A stretch of 64,000 nucleotides of DNA from Vitrella brassicaformis CCMP3155 (Eukaryota; Protista; Chromerida): positions 124,001 through 188,000 of the forward strand of contig CDMY01000908.1 in assembly GCA_001179505.1 (NCBI GenBank), written 5' to 3'. Positions within the stretch are counted from its first letter, which is position 1. Each line of letters opens with the position of its first letter. Below are positions 26,121 to 38,177 of the stretch, in pieces. A model generated the notes under the pieces. The model did not search any database. It had not been told where the DNA came from and saw only the letters and a list, made by a program, of their open reading frames with translations. A program made the position numbers and the translations under genes.

Positions 26121-29100
26121 ATCTGATGGACGTCTCACACACCATCTGTCTGTCTGCTGAATGTGGGGACACACCACATCGCACAAGTCATACACGGACA
26201 GACAAACACGGAGGGCCGGAAAAGGAGGGGCCTCACACACAGCCCACTGGATCAAGGCAGTATGAAGACATATAACCAGCCGTCAAAGCGTGTCACGTGG
26301 TTGGTAAATCACATGCAGAACCCAATCCGACCTCTCCCTCACTCTCACACACAGTCAGCACCTCCACTTCATCGGCCATGAATTCCTCACTGCCCCCAAA
26401 CAGAGCCCGGCCACGCTCATGCCTCACCCCCTCATAGCCATCAGGCAGATCATAGTGGGGGATGAATTGACTGCAGCTGCGCATATCATCAGCAGCGCCA
26501 CCCTCACAGCCCAACCGGGCGGGAGTGCCATATCCCAAACTCAGCCACCAACCGATGTTCAGCTTTGAACCATTATCTACTTGTCCCTCACGCCCGGCCA
26601 CACCCACATCCCTGCTGCCCTCCTCCAGCTTGGTCGGTCCCTTGGCGAAGTGGCCAGCCAGCGAGAAATCCCACCCATCACACGAGTAGAAGTGTCCGCC
26701 TTTGTAGTCAAGTGGCACTTGGATGTGGTCACTGATGAAGGCGCCAAAAACATACTTGCCCTTGCGGATAACGAACACCAGACCACTCGCATCGCTCACA
26801 CAACGCAGGAGATCGCCATATGACGACCCATCACGTGAGGCTCTGAATGAAGAAGAACACACACACACACACGCACATCCGCAGACACACACAGACAGGC
26901 ACACAGAGTCAAACGATGGACGATGCCGATGACAAGAGCACGGTACCTGTAGATGAGTTTCAGTCTGCTCACAGTTGTCAGTCCGAGGAATCGATAGAGT
27001 GCCGCCGACTGCAGGGCATCGAGAGTCGCACCCTCGATCACCTGCAACGACCAACAACAGGACGTCGATGCGGCTCTTTCTCGCTAATGTGTGTATGACC
27101 TTGAGTGAGAGCAGTGACCGGCCATCAACACGAATGACTTCCACCTCATCAGCCATGAGTTCCCTACTGCCCCCAAACAGAGCATCGCCATCCTCATCCC
27201 TCACCCCCTCATAGCCATCAGGCACAGAACGGCTGGGGATGAAATGACAGAAGCTGTGCATATCAGCAGCAGCGCCACCCTCACAGCCCAACCACAGGCT
27301 TAGGGGGGGCCCATTGATGAACAGCTTCGCCGGCCTAGCGTCACCCTTATAGCCCAACATCAGGCCCCCAATCCGCAGCTTCGCCCCGTCCGCTGTAAGC
27401 CCCTCCAATCCCGCCACATACATCATGTACCCGCGGAGCTTCATATATATCGTTGGTTGGTTTTGGTTGAAGTGGCCGGCCAATTCGAATTGCGACACAT
27501 TACACCCGTAGGAGTTCACGCCTCTTGGGTCATCGGGCAGCTCGATGCCGGCACTGATAAAGGCGCCAAAGACGTACTTGTCCTTGCGGATGAGAAACAC
27601 CAGGCCCTTCGTGTCGCCCACACAGCGCAGAAGATCGCCGTACTCTGCGCCGTCACGCGAAGCCCTAAGAACATCAGAGACAACAGAGAATGACACATGA
27701 TTGATTGCAGTGTCTGTGATGTGGTTTGTGTGTCGCACCTGTAAAGCAGAGTGAATTCACATTCGTCCAACATGGCGAGCGCCAAAACGGAGCGGAGGGC
27801 CGCACATTCAGTCGAACTCAGACTGCTGCCAACGACCACCTGCATACATAAAGAGTGATGTGAGGGCAATTGTGACGCTGCAATCACCCCATGGGGACTC
27901 TCACCTGTGGGTCGGGCGATTGGTTGTCCCCGTCTGTCGTGCTGCGACTTGAGAGAGCCGTGATGCCATCCGGCACACCGTCAGACCCACTGACGATGCC
28001 ATCACCATCCTGATGAAGGTACGCAGCGGAGATATACAAGAAGCGAGTCGCCTCAGTCTGACCTCTGGTATGTCACTGAGGCGATCATCGGCTGCAGTCG
28101 TTGACACGGACTTGACTGACGAACGGGAGCACACCTGCCTCACAAATCTGCCTTCCTGCTGCGTGGTTGTCCCATTTAGTTGTGTTTGACTGACCATAGA
28201 CGGCGGACGATTTCGGTGCCTGCGTGTGGCAGTCTTTTGGATTTTGTTCGGCGACCTCTCGTTGGTCAGTTGACTCTCAGACGGCGCCATCTGAATGATA
28301 ACAAGCTGTCACACAGGCAGATGGATAAGTGGTCTTGGTTTGCTGACGCTCATGGTGTTCCTCTCTGATGGCTGCGACTGCTGGTCGAAAGGTCGGTGGC
28401 TGGTAGCAGCAGCATCGTCGTCTGGTGTGCTGGTGGTGTCCTGCAATCAAAACGGCAGACACACAGAGGCGTCAGCCGCTGCCGTAGTTTCAGCCGAGTG
28501 TCTTTACCTCTCGGCTGCGGTCGGTGCTCGCTCCGAAACAAATGTCAGCCCTAGCAGCAGCAGCAGCAGCAGCGGCATCAATTGAGTGTGCTGCCGACTG
28601 GTGGGCGAGGGGCCTGGGTGGGGGATGTGGGTGAGGCGGATGAAGTGGGGAAGCGGGCTGGGCAGCTGCCGCTGCTGCCTCCCGCTCAGGCGCCTCTTCT
28701 CCGGTCTGAAAGAAGCACCAGATAGAGAGTGCTGAGCGTCTAGATTGCCTCTTGCCTGAGGTCCTCCGGGCATTGTGTTAATCCACTCTTGGACGGCCGC
28801 ATGTAACTCCTGCTCGCTCATCAACTGCACATAAAGAGAATCGAGGCCCTCCGGAATGCAGGCTTTTCCCTTCCTACCGTCATTCCATCGGTGCCGTCAG
28901 TGCCTGCTGCAGTTGCAGCTGCAGCGGCAGAAGGCTCAGAGGGCGGAGAAGGATTCTGAAAAAGCAGGCATGGAGATTAATGAAGAGTGAACCTCGCACT
29001 GCATTTGTCAGCTTTCCATGACCTGCCGGCATCGCTCTCTGAAGGAATTGATCCAGCTGTCGCTCGCCGAGAAGTCACCAATGCCCAGCTGGATGGCGAT

Positions 29101-30615
29101 CTCCATCGCCTTGGTCCTGATGTCCTTTGGGGGGACCTTTGTTGGGTCCTCATGGCTGGCCATCCACTGCCGCATCTCGACCTCAATCTGGGGATACTTG
29201 GGCGGTCTGATGCGCTTCTTGGTGTGGTCGGCGGTCTGCACGCCTGCCTCCCTCTGTTTCTTGATGGCATAATACCACTGCTTGAAGCGGTCGGGGGGGA
29301 TGCCCTTCTCCCTCTCGAACTGAGGCATCGAGATGCGCTCTCCGCTGTCCTTCCGCCTCTCGAACTCGTCGACGAGCTGCAGCCGCTCGCCGATCGTCAC
29401 CTCGCCCGCATTCTTTGTGCACACCTGAACTCAGGTGAACACACAGACAGAAAAGACGGACATTTGGGGTGTTTTTCAGTGGGTGCAGTCATTTCACCTG
29501 TGAGTTCGATTGACGGGTCAGAGATGGTGGGAGTGAACTTGTGCGATGACGTGAGGCTGGAGATCCTTCGGCAACTGGCCGGCCCATAGCCATCAATGGA
29601 TGACTGAAAGGCGACTGCTGGTCGAGCGGTCGGTCAGGTTCGGGCATACTATTGATCCACTCCTGGAAGACAGCATCGAACTCTTGATCGCCCATCGACT
29701 ACGCGAAAAACCATACCACGCTCATGCACTCTCGTCTTCCCTTACCGTCATTCCATCGGTGTCGTTACTGCCTGCTGCTGCTGCTGCAGCGGCAGGTGGG
29801 TCAGAGGACGGAAAAGGATTCTGCAAAAGCAGACATGAATCCACGAAGGACGATCTTGTCACTGCGGGCACTCTGTCTGTCCACCTGCATATCGTTGATA
29901 TTGTCAGCAAGGGATAGAGGCGGTGACGCAGATGGCCCAGGAGGACTCTGAAAAGATAGTGAGGCATCGTCTATGCCACAAGAATCATTGCACCGTACCT
30001 GTCCTTCGTCGCCATCGCGGTGTGCTTCTTCGGGCGCCCTCGCCCCGTCGCCCTGAACAAGCAAAGCACAAGGAGATGGCAAGCAAACGTGCGAAAGAGT
30101 GATGTGTGGCGAGAAAACACATCACCTGTTTATGGTGGTCGCCAAGCTCGTCCATCATTTGCCTCTTCTCGCGGGAAGCGATAAGATGCGATCGGGAAAA
30201 GAAACAGATGAGCTTGCAGAAGGATGGCGGGGGGCGGAACGTTCTTGTTGGATACCTCTCTGTGGCTGCTGTCTTGTCTGCAGGCCTTCTCGTGGGAGTA
30301 CAAGGTCTCCCCAGCCTGCGTGCTCTGGAAGCTTCTACGCACTACTTTGACTGAGTGGCTGGCACTGGTGGCTCGAGGAGCCGAATGAAGACGACAGAAA
30401 GCAACACTGGAGAGAAAGGTCAGAAGAGGATCCTCTTGGCAGTTTGTGTGCCAGTGATCGATCGTGGCATACTTACATGGTGCTCACCTTCTGCATTGCG
30501 GATCGACGGCGTAGAGAACGGCTCCTTATCCATCCGGCTTGAATTCCTGTCCGGAATAGGATTGCGCACCAACCCCGCTTCACGACTGAATCCTCTCGAT
30601 CGCCTTGACGTCGCT
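26121..30615. repeat. Segmental duplication, right copy (partner 16542-22302); lacks the second Tc5-HTH block
   Basis: Same colinear similarity, but shorter because the segment equivalent to about 19150-20560 is absent. Confidence 0.9.
26293..30158 (-). CDS. CENP-B/pogo-type DNA-binding domain plus tandem TLDc domains; paralog B
   Basis: MMDELGDHHKQ (ATG 30158); TIGERLQLVDEFERRK...KYPQIEVEMRQWM...DFSASDSWINSFRERC; two TLDc domains (YRASRDGAEYGDLLRCVG...LMADEVEVI and ASRDGSSYGDLL...FMADEVEVL). Continuity needs one GC-AG intron at 28706-28755. Confidence 0.72.
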
Positions 30616-30650
30616 TTGCCTCCCTCTCTGATCCCTTGGTGGGGGATTAC

Positions 30651-32096
30651 ATGAACTTTTTGGGTGTCCTCACTGCATTCACTGGTGCCGCCCGAGCTGT
30701 GAGGGGCCTCCTGAAAGACGACGACAGCCCTCGCGGTGATCACCCTGCTGCAATGCCGAGGATGCCGAGCCTACAACAACGACTCAAGTCGAGTCGCTGC
30801 ACGAATGCTCAGCTGAGGTCGGATCTTCAGTCCAAGGACCAGCAGCTCCAGCAAAGCCAAGCCGCACAGCAGGGGCTGGAGCAGCAACTGCATTCCACCC
30901 GGCTGCAAGGCCAGAACCAGCTGATGGACCTCATGCTCAAGCACCAGAACCAGATGAATGACCTCAACCGCAGCCACAACGAGGACCTGAGACAGCAGTT
31001 GAGCAAGAAGCAGGAGGCCGAACTTGCCGAGCGCACTCGTGTCCACGAGGAGGAGCTGCGGCTGTTCAGGGAGAAGGCCGAAGCTGAGAAGAAAGCGGCG
31101 GAGGCGGCGGCAGCGAAGGCGGCGCTCAAGGAGGACCGAGAGAAGACACGGAAGCTCCTCGAGGAGTACCCACCTCCTCAACACATGAAGGACGCCATCA
31201 AGTCCTACCCCAACGCACAATTCATCGGCGTCAACGGCGTCAACGGCACAGCCAAGACCACCACCGTCAACACGATCTTGGGGAAGGCGGTGGCGCCTGT
31301 GAGTTCCAACGGTGAGGGCAACACAGTCAGCAACTATCACGAGTGCCCGGCCGGCCACCCGTTGCACCCAGCCGTGTTCATCGACCATCCAGGTAGTGAG
31401 ACGCAGAAGGGACACCCGCCTGGACATCTCACTACGTGTGTGTGTGTGTGTATGTGTGTTGGCCATCAGGCGGCTGCAGCGACGAGTATAACGAGCGGGA
31501 GTACGGCAGGAAGACCGGATCGCGGTATGGGGATGGCCAGATCATCACCATGAGCGACCGCCCTCGCTCCCTCGACAACAAGGTACCAGGAGCACCTGTA
31601 CTGTGCGTGTGTGCGCTCGTCTAACGTTGATGTGCGCGTGTGTATGTCTTGTCAGCTCCGTGCTGAGGCAGCCCGCCACAACATTCCAGTGTTCTTCGTG
31701 AGGACGAAGATGGACATCACTGTCAATGCCATGGCCCGCGACACGATCCCCAAGACCCCCAAGGCCGCATTCGAGGAGGTGCGCAAGTACTACCGCGAGA
31801 TGGGCCTCCCGCCCAACCGCACCTACCTGATCTCGGGATGGTACACCCAAGACATCCAGGACAAGACGGACTTCCGCGTGGCAGACTTCTACCGCCTCAT
31901 GGATGACCTCAAGGAGGCCCTCGACAACAACGTCTCTGCCGATGCCCGAAGGTCAGAAACACGCCCCTCCCCCACCCCCACCAGCACCACTGCTGCACAC
32001 ATGTCGTTGTGCTGGTGCAGGAGGCTCAGGGAGTCGGAGTCTGCGGCCTCTTCTTCGTCCTCGGCGTCCTCGGCGTCTTCTTCGTCGTCTTCCTGA
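30651..32096 (+). CDS. IRG/IIGP-like (immunity-related p47 GTPase-like) protein with an N-terminal amphipathic helix and coiled coil
   Basis: G1 GVNGTAKTT (31236-31262), G2-like GEGNT, G3 FIDHPG, G4 FFVRTKMD, G5-like YLISG and DFYRLMDDLKEAL. The spacing and the RTKxD motif fit the IRG family. A long Gln/Glu/Lys coiled coil lies upstream. Confidence 0.7.
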
Positions 32097-33595
32097 GTGG
32101 CCGTCAAGACATCGAGCCGACGAGACACTGCGCACTCGACGAGAACATGTGCAGTGCAAGTGGCCGACTGGCTGATTCAGACCTTTGAAGGGGGTACGTT
32201 TCTGCGAATCTTGGTGTCGGTGTGTGGATGTCTGTGTGTGTGGTGTGATAATGATGTTTGTGCATGGTCTAATTTTGCCAATGTGCCTGGCTGGTTGATG
32301 CGGGCGGGAGGATGAATGTATGTATGTATGCGTGTCTCCATGTTGGTTGCAGTGTGTGTGCGGTGTGTCTGTGTGCCTTTCAAGTCTGCCTGGCTGGCTG
32401 ATTGGGACGTGCGTGTCGGGCGACATACGCAGGAGTGCGGTGATGATGTGTCTGTGTGTCTGTGTGTGGTGGCTATGGTGGGGGATAGGGTGAGATGGGC
32501 TTACCGCAGGCGTCTGTGTGCCGCAAGTGAAGTGTGCGTGTGCGTGTCCCGCTGTGTGTGAATCGTTTTTGAAGCACTCTGATCGCTGGCTGTGTGTGGC
32601 GGGGCGGGCTGGAAAGGTGGAAAACTGGCAGCAGCAGCACCAGTGAGAGCTGAGTTTCTGACGGCTGACTTTATTAAATGCAACGTGTGGGAAGGGCAAG
32701 ACAGAGAGGAGGGGCGAGGGGCTACTGTCCTGTTCTTGCTGCAGTGGGGCACACACGACAAATGAACGCTGATTGATTGTCGCTTCCTTTTTATCGCAAC
32801 CACGCGCCCGTTTGTTTCATGACTTGTCTTTCTCGTTGAGACGCAGCAGTTCTCGCAGTCATCTTAAATTTGCGAAAGGCTCGGACATCGTGGTCGAGCA
32901 ACATTTCAGCCAACACACACACACACCCCGCCCGTCCATGCGTATGCCCTCGGTCTTGAGTTTGTCTTGTGCATCTATCTGTCTACGCCGTGCCGTGCCG
33001 TACCACCATGTGTGACATGTGAGTGGAACCTCAATGGCTGCCTGCCAGCATGGGACGTGTCTGTCCAGTTTGTGCAAAAGGCAGCCGAATTACCAACCTC
33101 AAAACGCCTTTGCGCTATCCCAAAAGTGATGCCTGGGCAGGGCATCCATCACACCGGCACGTCACTCGTTCCAATTTAGTCAGTGAGTCGATGCCACGTG
33201 CAAGGGTGACATCGCCATGTGAAGCATATGTGTGTGTATCAACAGGGGCGCCAAACCCAGACCACCACATCCATCATCCATCCATCCAGAGACTAAACTC
33301 CTGCCTCCAGCCCCTCCCTGTGCGCGACGCAACACGTGCAGCAACCATCGATGGATGGGTTGACGGATGGTGCGTCTTGTGGTCAGGCAGGGCTGTGGTG
33401 TGCGGCTGTCTTAATCACAGACAGACAAAACTCTCAGAGAGAGAACGAGTAGATATACAGAAACACATATTTATATATTATATATGCCCATTTTCCCTCT
33501 TTCTATTGGTGTGTATGGTATCAGTAGAAAAACCCACACAGCATCACATCACAGGCACCGAATACCCACCCGGGCCAAGCCAAACGTGCAGCAGC

Positions 33596-33630
<35 letters not shown>

Positions 33631-33786
33631 GATCCACACGGATTACCCATCAGCCAGCTACTCACTCAACCACCCCACCCACCCATCCCCATCCGGCAGC
33701 TACCACGGCACGCACTGCACACATACCGTGCCTCTATGTGTGTCTATGTCTATCCCTCGTCAGGCCGACGGATTTTTGCAGCTGGC

Positions 33787-34845
33787 TCAGCCGGCCGACG
33801 GGTGGGGCGGGTGAGCTGCACACACAGAGGGAGGGGAGGGGAACACAGCAAAGGAAGCGCATGTGTCCTTCTGTCTGTGTGTCGCGTGTGTCCTTCCTTG
33901 TTGTGTGTTAGCTGACTGACCGCGGATGGGCGGGTCGTGCGGGTCTGTGTCGCTGCCCCTCAGTACGGTGCAGACGGTACCCAGCACTTCGTATCGTTGA
34001 GCTGACATGAAGACACTCAGTCCACTGACCGACCCATCTCGCCCGCAGGGAGTCGTTTCTCGTTTCTCTCTAAATGAGGGAACCTACCCTGTTTGTCGAG
34101 TCGCTCCACTGGGAAGCCGACCAGGGCCGTCTGAGCCATCGAACGCGGCCATTCGTCCTACACACACACACACAGGACAACCATCGCTAATCGAATGCGT
34201 TTCCGTCCTTCGTGTGTCGTGCCTTCTTCTCTCGTGTGAACGTACCTCTACCCGGCTTTGGTATGTCTTGATGTCGTCGGCGGTGAGTGTGATGGGGAGC
34301 GTCCTGCCGCCGAGGTGCCGCGACAGGCACAGCACCTGCTTGGTCTCGGTCCACCCGTCCTTCCGCATGATGCGCGTCGCCAGCTGCAGCTCCTCCTCAC
34401 TCAGCCCTTGCATGTCGATCGTCACTACCCCTGTCAGTTTCTGGCTCTCGATGGCACTCAGCAGCTGACAGACAGACAGAGGAGCAAAGAGTGTGTTTGC
34501 CAAAAAAAAGTCTTTCATCTTTGCTCGTCTGTTCACGGCCTGCGGGTATCTGACCTGCTGCTCGAGTTGGCTACGGTTCGGCCCATTCGCCGCGCCACCT
34601 GCTTGAATGCACCAAGCACCACACACACACACACACACACACCAGACAGACGGAAAGCATCTCTCTCTCTCTCTGTGTCAGATCTGTGTCTGCTGATGTG
34701 TGTAGCGACACTGCACCCGCGCGCAAGACGGCGCCTCCGGCCGTCTGCAGGCACACAAAGGGAAGGCATCCAAACAGCCATTTTCGGACTTTTTTTCGCT
34801 CACCGAGCTGGCCTGCCCATAGGTGCCGCTCTGCCGCTCCGCCAT
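33787..34845 (-). CDS. Lineage-specific family protein, short/truncated paralog of 35892-37882
   Basis: MAERQSGTYGQASS|...LLSAIESQKLTGVVTIDMQGLS...LPITLTADDIKTY parallels LLKAIDNKGLTGVVEFVGLS...LPIKPTADDLKAY of the neighbour. Upstream DNA is shared (34850-35010 vs 37880-38010). The 3' end is uncertain. Confidence 0.5.
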
Positions 34846-35891
34846 CTCGCTCGGGATGCACCAAACGCCTCACAGGCTCACAGATCTGGCTGGCACGGAC
34901 CGCGCGCACATGGGGAATCAATCGACGTCTGTGTTTTCACTTGCTGCTTACGTCTACGGAGCAGAGAGGCCAATACAGACTGGGAGCCAGAAACGCGATT
35001 CAAGTCGGCATCAAGCTCGCAATTTCCTGGCCGGCCCGGTTTGGCTTCTTTGCTGTCATCGACATTCTGGAATGAGCCACCGCAGAATCTACACATCGAT
35101 GGATGCATGGAAGTCCTAGGCAGCACACCCACAAGTCAGCGCCACTCAGACGGGGCGAGACGGGAGGGAAAACCGCCATAGACTACACGACACGGCATGA
35201 GCCAAAACTGCGGCAGCACTTCCCGGTACCTTCGTGTAAGGTGTCGCCATACCCACACACAGGCGGGCAGACAGGCAGGCAGGCAGGCAGGCAGACAGAC
35301 AGGCAGCTGTGAACAGATACGGCCCGGTGTGGACAAATAGTATGGTCAACAGAGAGGGGGGCGGGGGATACGCACACACAGCGGACTATACACACAGATG
35401 GATAGCTAGCTAGATCAATGCTGGCCGGTAGGCGTCAACCGACCCTTTCCCCTGCTTCCTCCACCCACCCGCACACACACACCGCAACACACTGTAAAGA
35501 GAGTGGGCAAGGGTTCGAGAGGGAGTCGGTAGCGCCACGTGGCCCTCAGGCACCCGCTCACGCACATTGGGCCAAAGGCAGTCAGTCCGCTAAGAGTCTG
35601 GTGGCAGCCAAAACACCATCACCCCGCACAACACAAATCGATGGATGGATGGATGGCCTAGGCAGCACGAAGTCAGCGCCACTCAGGCGAGGCGGGAAGG
35701 AAAACCGCCGTTGGCTACATCGGCAGCAGTCAAAACTCTCGCAGCACACACACGGAGGGAGGGAGGCAGGTGTGATTCTCTCTTATCGACAGAGGGGGTT
35801 GGGGAAAGCGCTACCGTAGATGGATAGATGGCTACACCCTTCCCCTCATCCGATGTGTGTGTCTGTGTGTGCGTGCGTGTGGGCTCACGCG

Positions 35892-37882
35892 TCACCATCC
35901 AAAATGCTTCTGAGCCGCAGCTCGGCATAGTAGCCCCACACGGCCGATGGCTTGATGATCTGCCTGATCTCCCTCCCCCTCACGCATCGACAGAAACGCC
36001 TCACGCTCATACTCGTCCAGCTCAGACACGCGCTCCGACACCTCCCGGCCCTGAATTGTCACCCCTGTCTGATCGTCGGTATGGAACCCATCAGGCCACA
36101 GACTCTCGTCGTACTCGATGCGCTGGTCGAGCGTCGGCACGTTGCCCGTGCCCTCCACCAACACCTTATGACGCGCGCCAGATGGACAGAGCGTGAAGCC
36201 CTGCTCGTCCTGCCGCTGCTGAGAGCCGCCACTCGGCACACCACCTGCACACATGCACCCACCGTGTGTGCGGCGATACGTGTCTGTGTATGTCCGTTCC
36301 TCTGTCCGTACCATCTTGCTGCTGCTGCTGGTGGTGGTGGTGGTAGTGGTGCTGCTGGCCGAACACGAACGGCGCCACCTGCCCCAGGACGACACGGGCC
36401 AGCTGGGTGGTCAGGGGGAAGCGGTCCTTGAAGGGCGCATCACGACTCACACCAGACGCCGGTGGCTCGGTCGTCTTGACCTCTACAGTCACTGCAATCA
36501 CTGAATGAGAGAGAGTAAGAAAGAGCGGCAAGAAGCGCTCCTTTCTTACCGTTGTGGAGGGATATTCGCCACCCCTCCCCCACCCGTCCAAACTCCACGT
36601 CAGAGTCCCTCCCGATGTAAATCCACGCCACGAAGGGGTGGCTGCTGTCAGTGAGCACCAGCCATCGCTCATTCGCATGGTCGCCGGGGGTGGTGGTCGC
36701 CACAGTGCACCCCTCCACAGATGTTTGGGGCGACTGGGTCAGCAGGGCATCCAGACGGCCGCCACCGACACGACTGACCGATCCAAGAAAACACACACAT
36801 CAAAGAAGACGCAGCATATCCCAGCTCCCTGGTCATCCTGTCTGTCACCTGTCGAGGATCTTCTCTGCTGTGCGATGCATCCGGTGAGTCTTCTCGAAGT
36901 AGGTGAGGATCTTGTTCGTGGCAAACGCCGACACCGACGCAATGGGGGCCTGCCCCCATCCAGAACCCCCCACCCATCTGCTGCTCCTCGTGGAGTATAC
37001 GATGTCGCCATACGCTGGGGGGTCGTGCTCGAGTGTGTGCTGCCGACCCGCCGGACCCGGTCGGCCGATGGACAGTTTGAAGGCGGGCTCGTCATTGATG
37101 ACCCGCACCTGATCGCCGTGGCGGAACAGCTGGAGCCGGCTGCCGTCGCTGAACTGCACATGACGGCCAACCATCATCAGCTGCGCCACTACTGGAGCAA
37201 CCGACGCCTGCACCCACCCCACCCCCCCACCCACCAACACACACGCAGAGAGAGCAAGAGAGAGAAATTAGGCCATCTTTCACCTCCCGCCCTTAGGTGT
37301 TCTCACCTTGTTGGCCTCGTAGGCCTTGAGGTCGTCAGCAGTGGGTTTGATGGGCAGGTTGCAGTAGCCGCAGTTCTGTGCCACCTGCACCATGCCGTTG
37401 ACCTCGGCCCACGAGTGGCCCTCCTGCATGATGCGCAGCGCCCGCCGCTGGTCCTCCTTACTCAGCCCCACGAACTCGACCACACCAGTGAGGCCCTTGT
37501 TGTCGATGGCCTTGAGCAGCTGACAGAGTAGGAGGCAAAGACGGTGACTCCGTGTTGGTCCTGCTGGTGTGCGTTGTCTGACCTGCTGGGCCACATCGCC
37601 GCTCGGCTGAGGACCATTCGCCAAACCACCTGCACACAGGCAGGGCCACCACACAGACAGATCTCGTTGTGTGTGTGGCTGATGGGTGTTTCGACACTGT
37701 CGGCACCTACCAGCAGCACTGTCGTCCAGCCGGGGATGCTTGCCGCCTCCCGTGGCCGCCTGCAGACACATGAACAGATAGATGGAAGCATCCAAACAGC
37801 CCCACCCCGCCCCTCGGCGTCAATCTTCGCTCACCGAGCCTGACTGCCCATCACCCGGGGCGCTTCTTTTCCTGTCCGACAT
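35892..37882 (-). CDS. Lineage-specific (chromerid-expanded) family protein of unknown function
   Basis: MSDRKRSAPGDGQSGS|...LLKAIDNKGLTGVVEF...|QLMMVGRHVQFSDGSRLQLF...|VGGGRLDALLTQSPQTSVEGCT...LVLTDSSHPFVAWI...|KTTEPPASG...FKDRFPLTTQLARVVLG. Canonical splice sites. Confidence 0.6.
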
Positions 37883-38057
37883 CTCGCTCGGGGGGGATGC
37901 ACCGACAGAAACGCCTCACAGGCTCACAGATCTGCCACCGTGCAGGCACACGCGCACAGATGTGTGTGTGTGTGTTTAAAGTCTTGACGCTTACGTCTAC
38001 GGAACAGAGAATCTGAGGCGTACACCCACTGCGCGGGGCCCCAGGCCCTCCTTCGCT

Positions 38058-38111
38058 GGGGTTCAGGGTTTAGGGTTTAGGCTAAACCCTAAGCCCTAAA
38101 CCCCAAACCCT
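38058..38111. repeat. Inverted (head-to-head) telomeric repeat palindrome TT(T/C)AGGG / CCCTAAA
   Basis: ggggttcagggtttagggtttag-g-ctaaaccctaagccctaaacccc: 23-nt arms (38058-38080 and 38082-38104) with 21 Watson-Crick pairs. Confidence 0.9.
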
Positions 38112-38177
38112 TCACCCCTTCGCGAAGCTTGACCTTTGCTGTACGGTTGGGTGTGTGTGATGCGCCTCCGGCATCTC

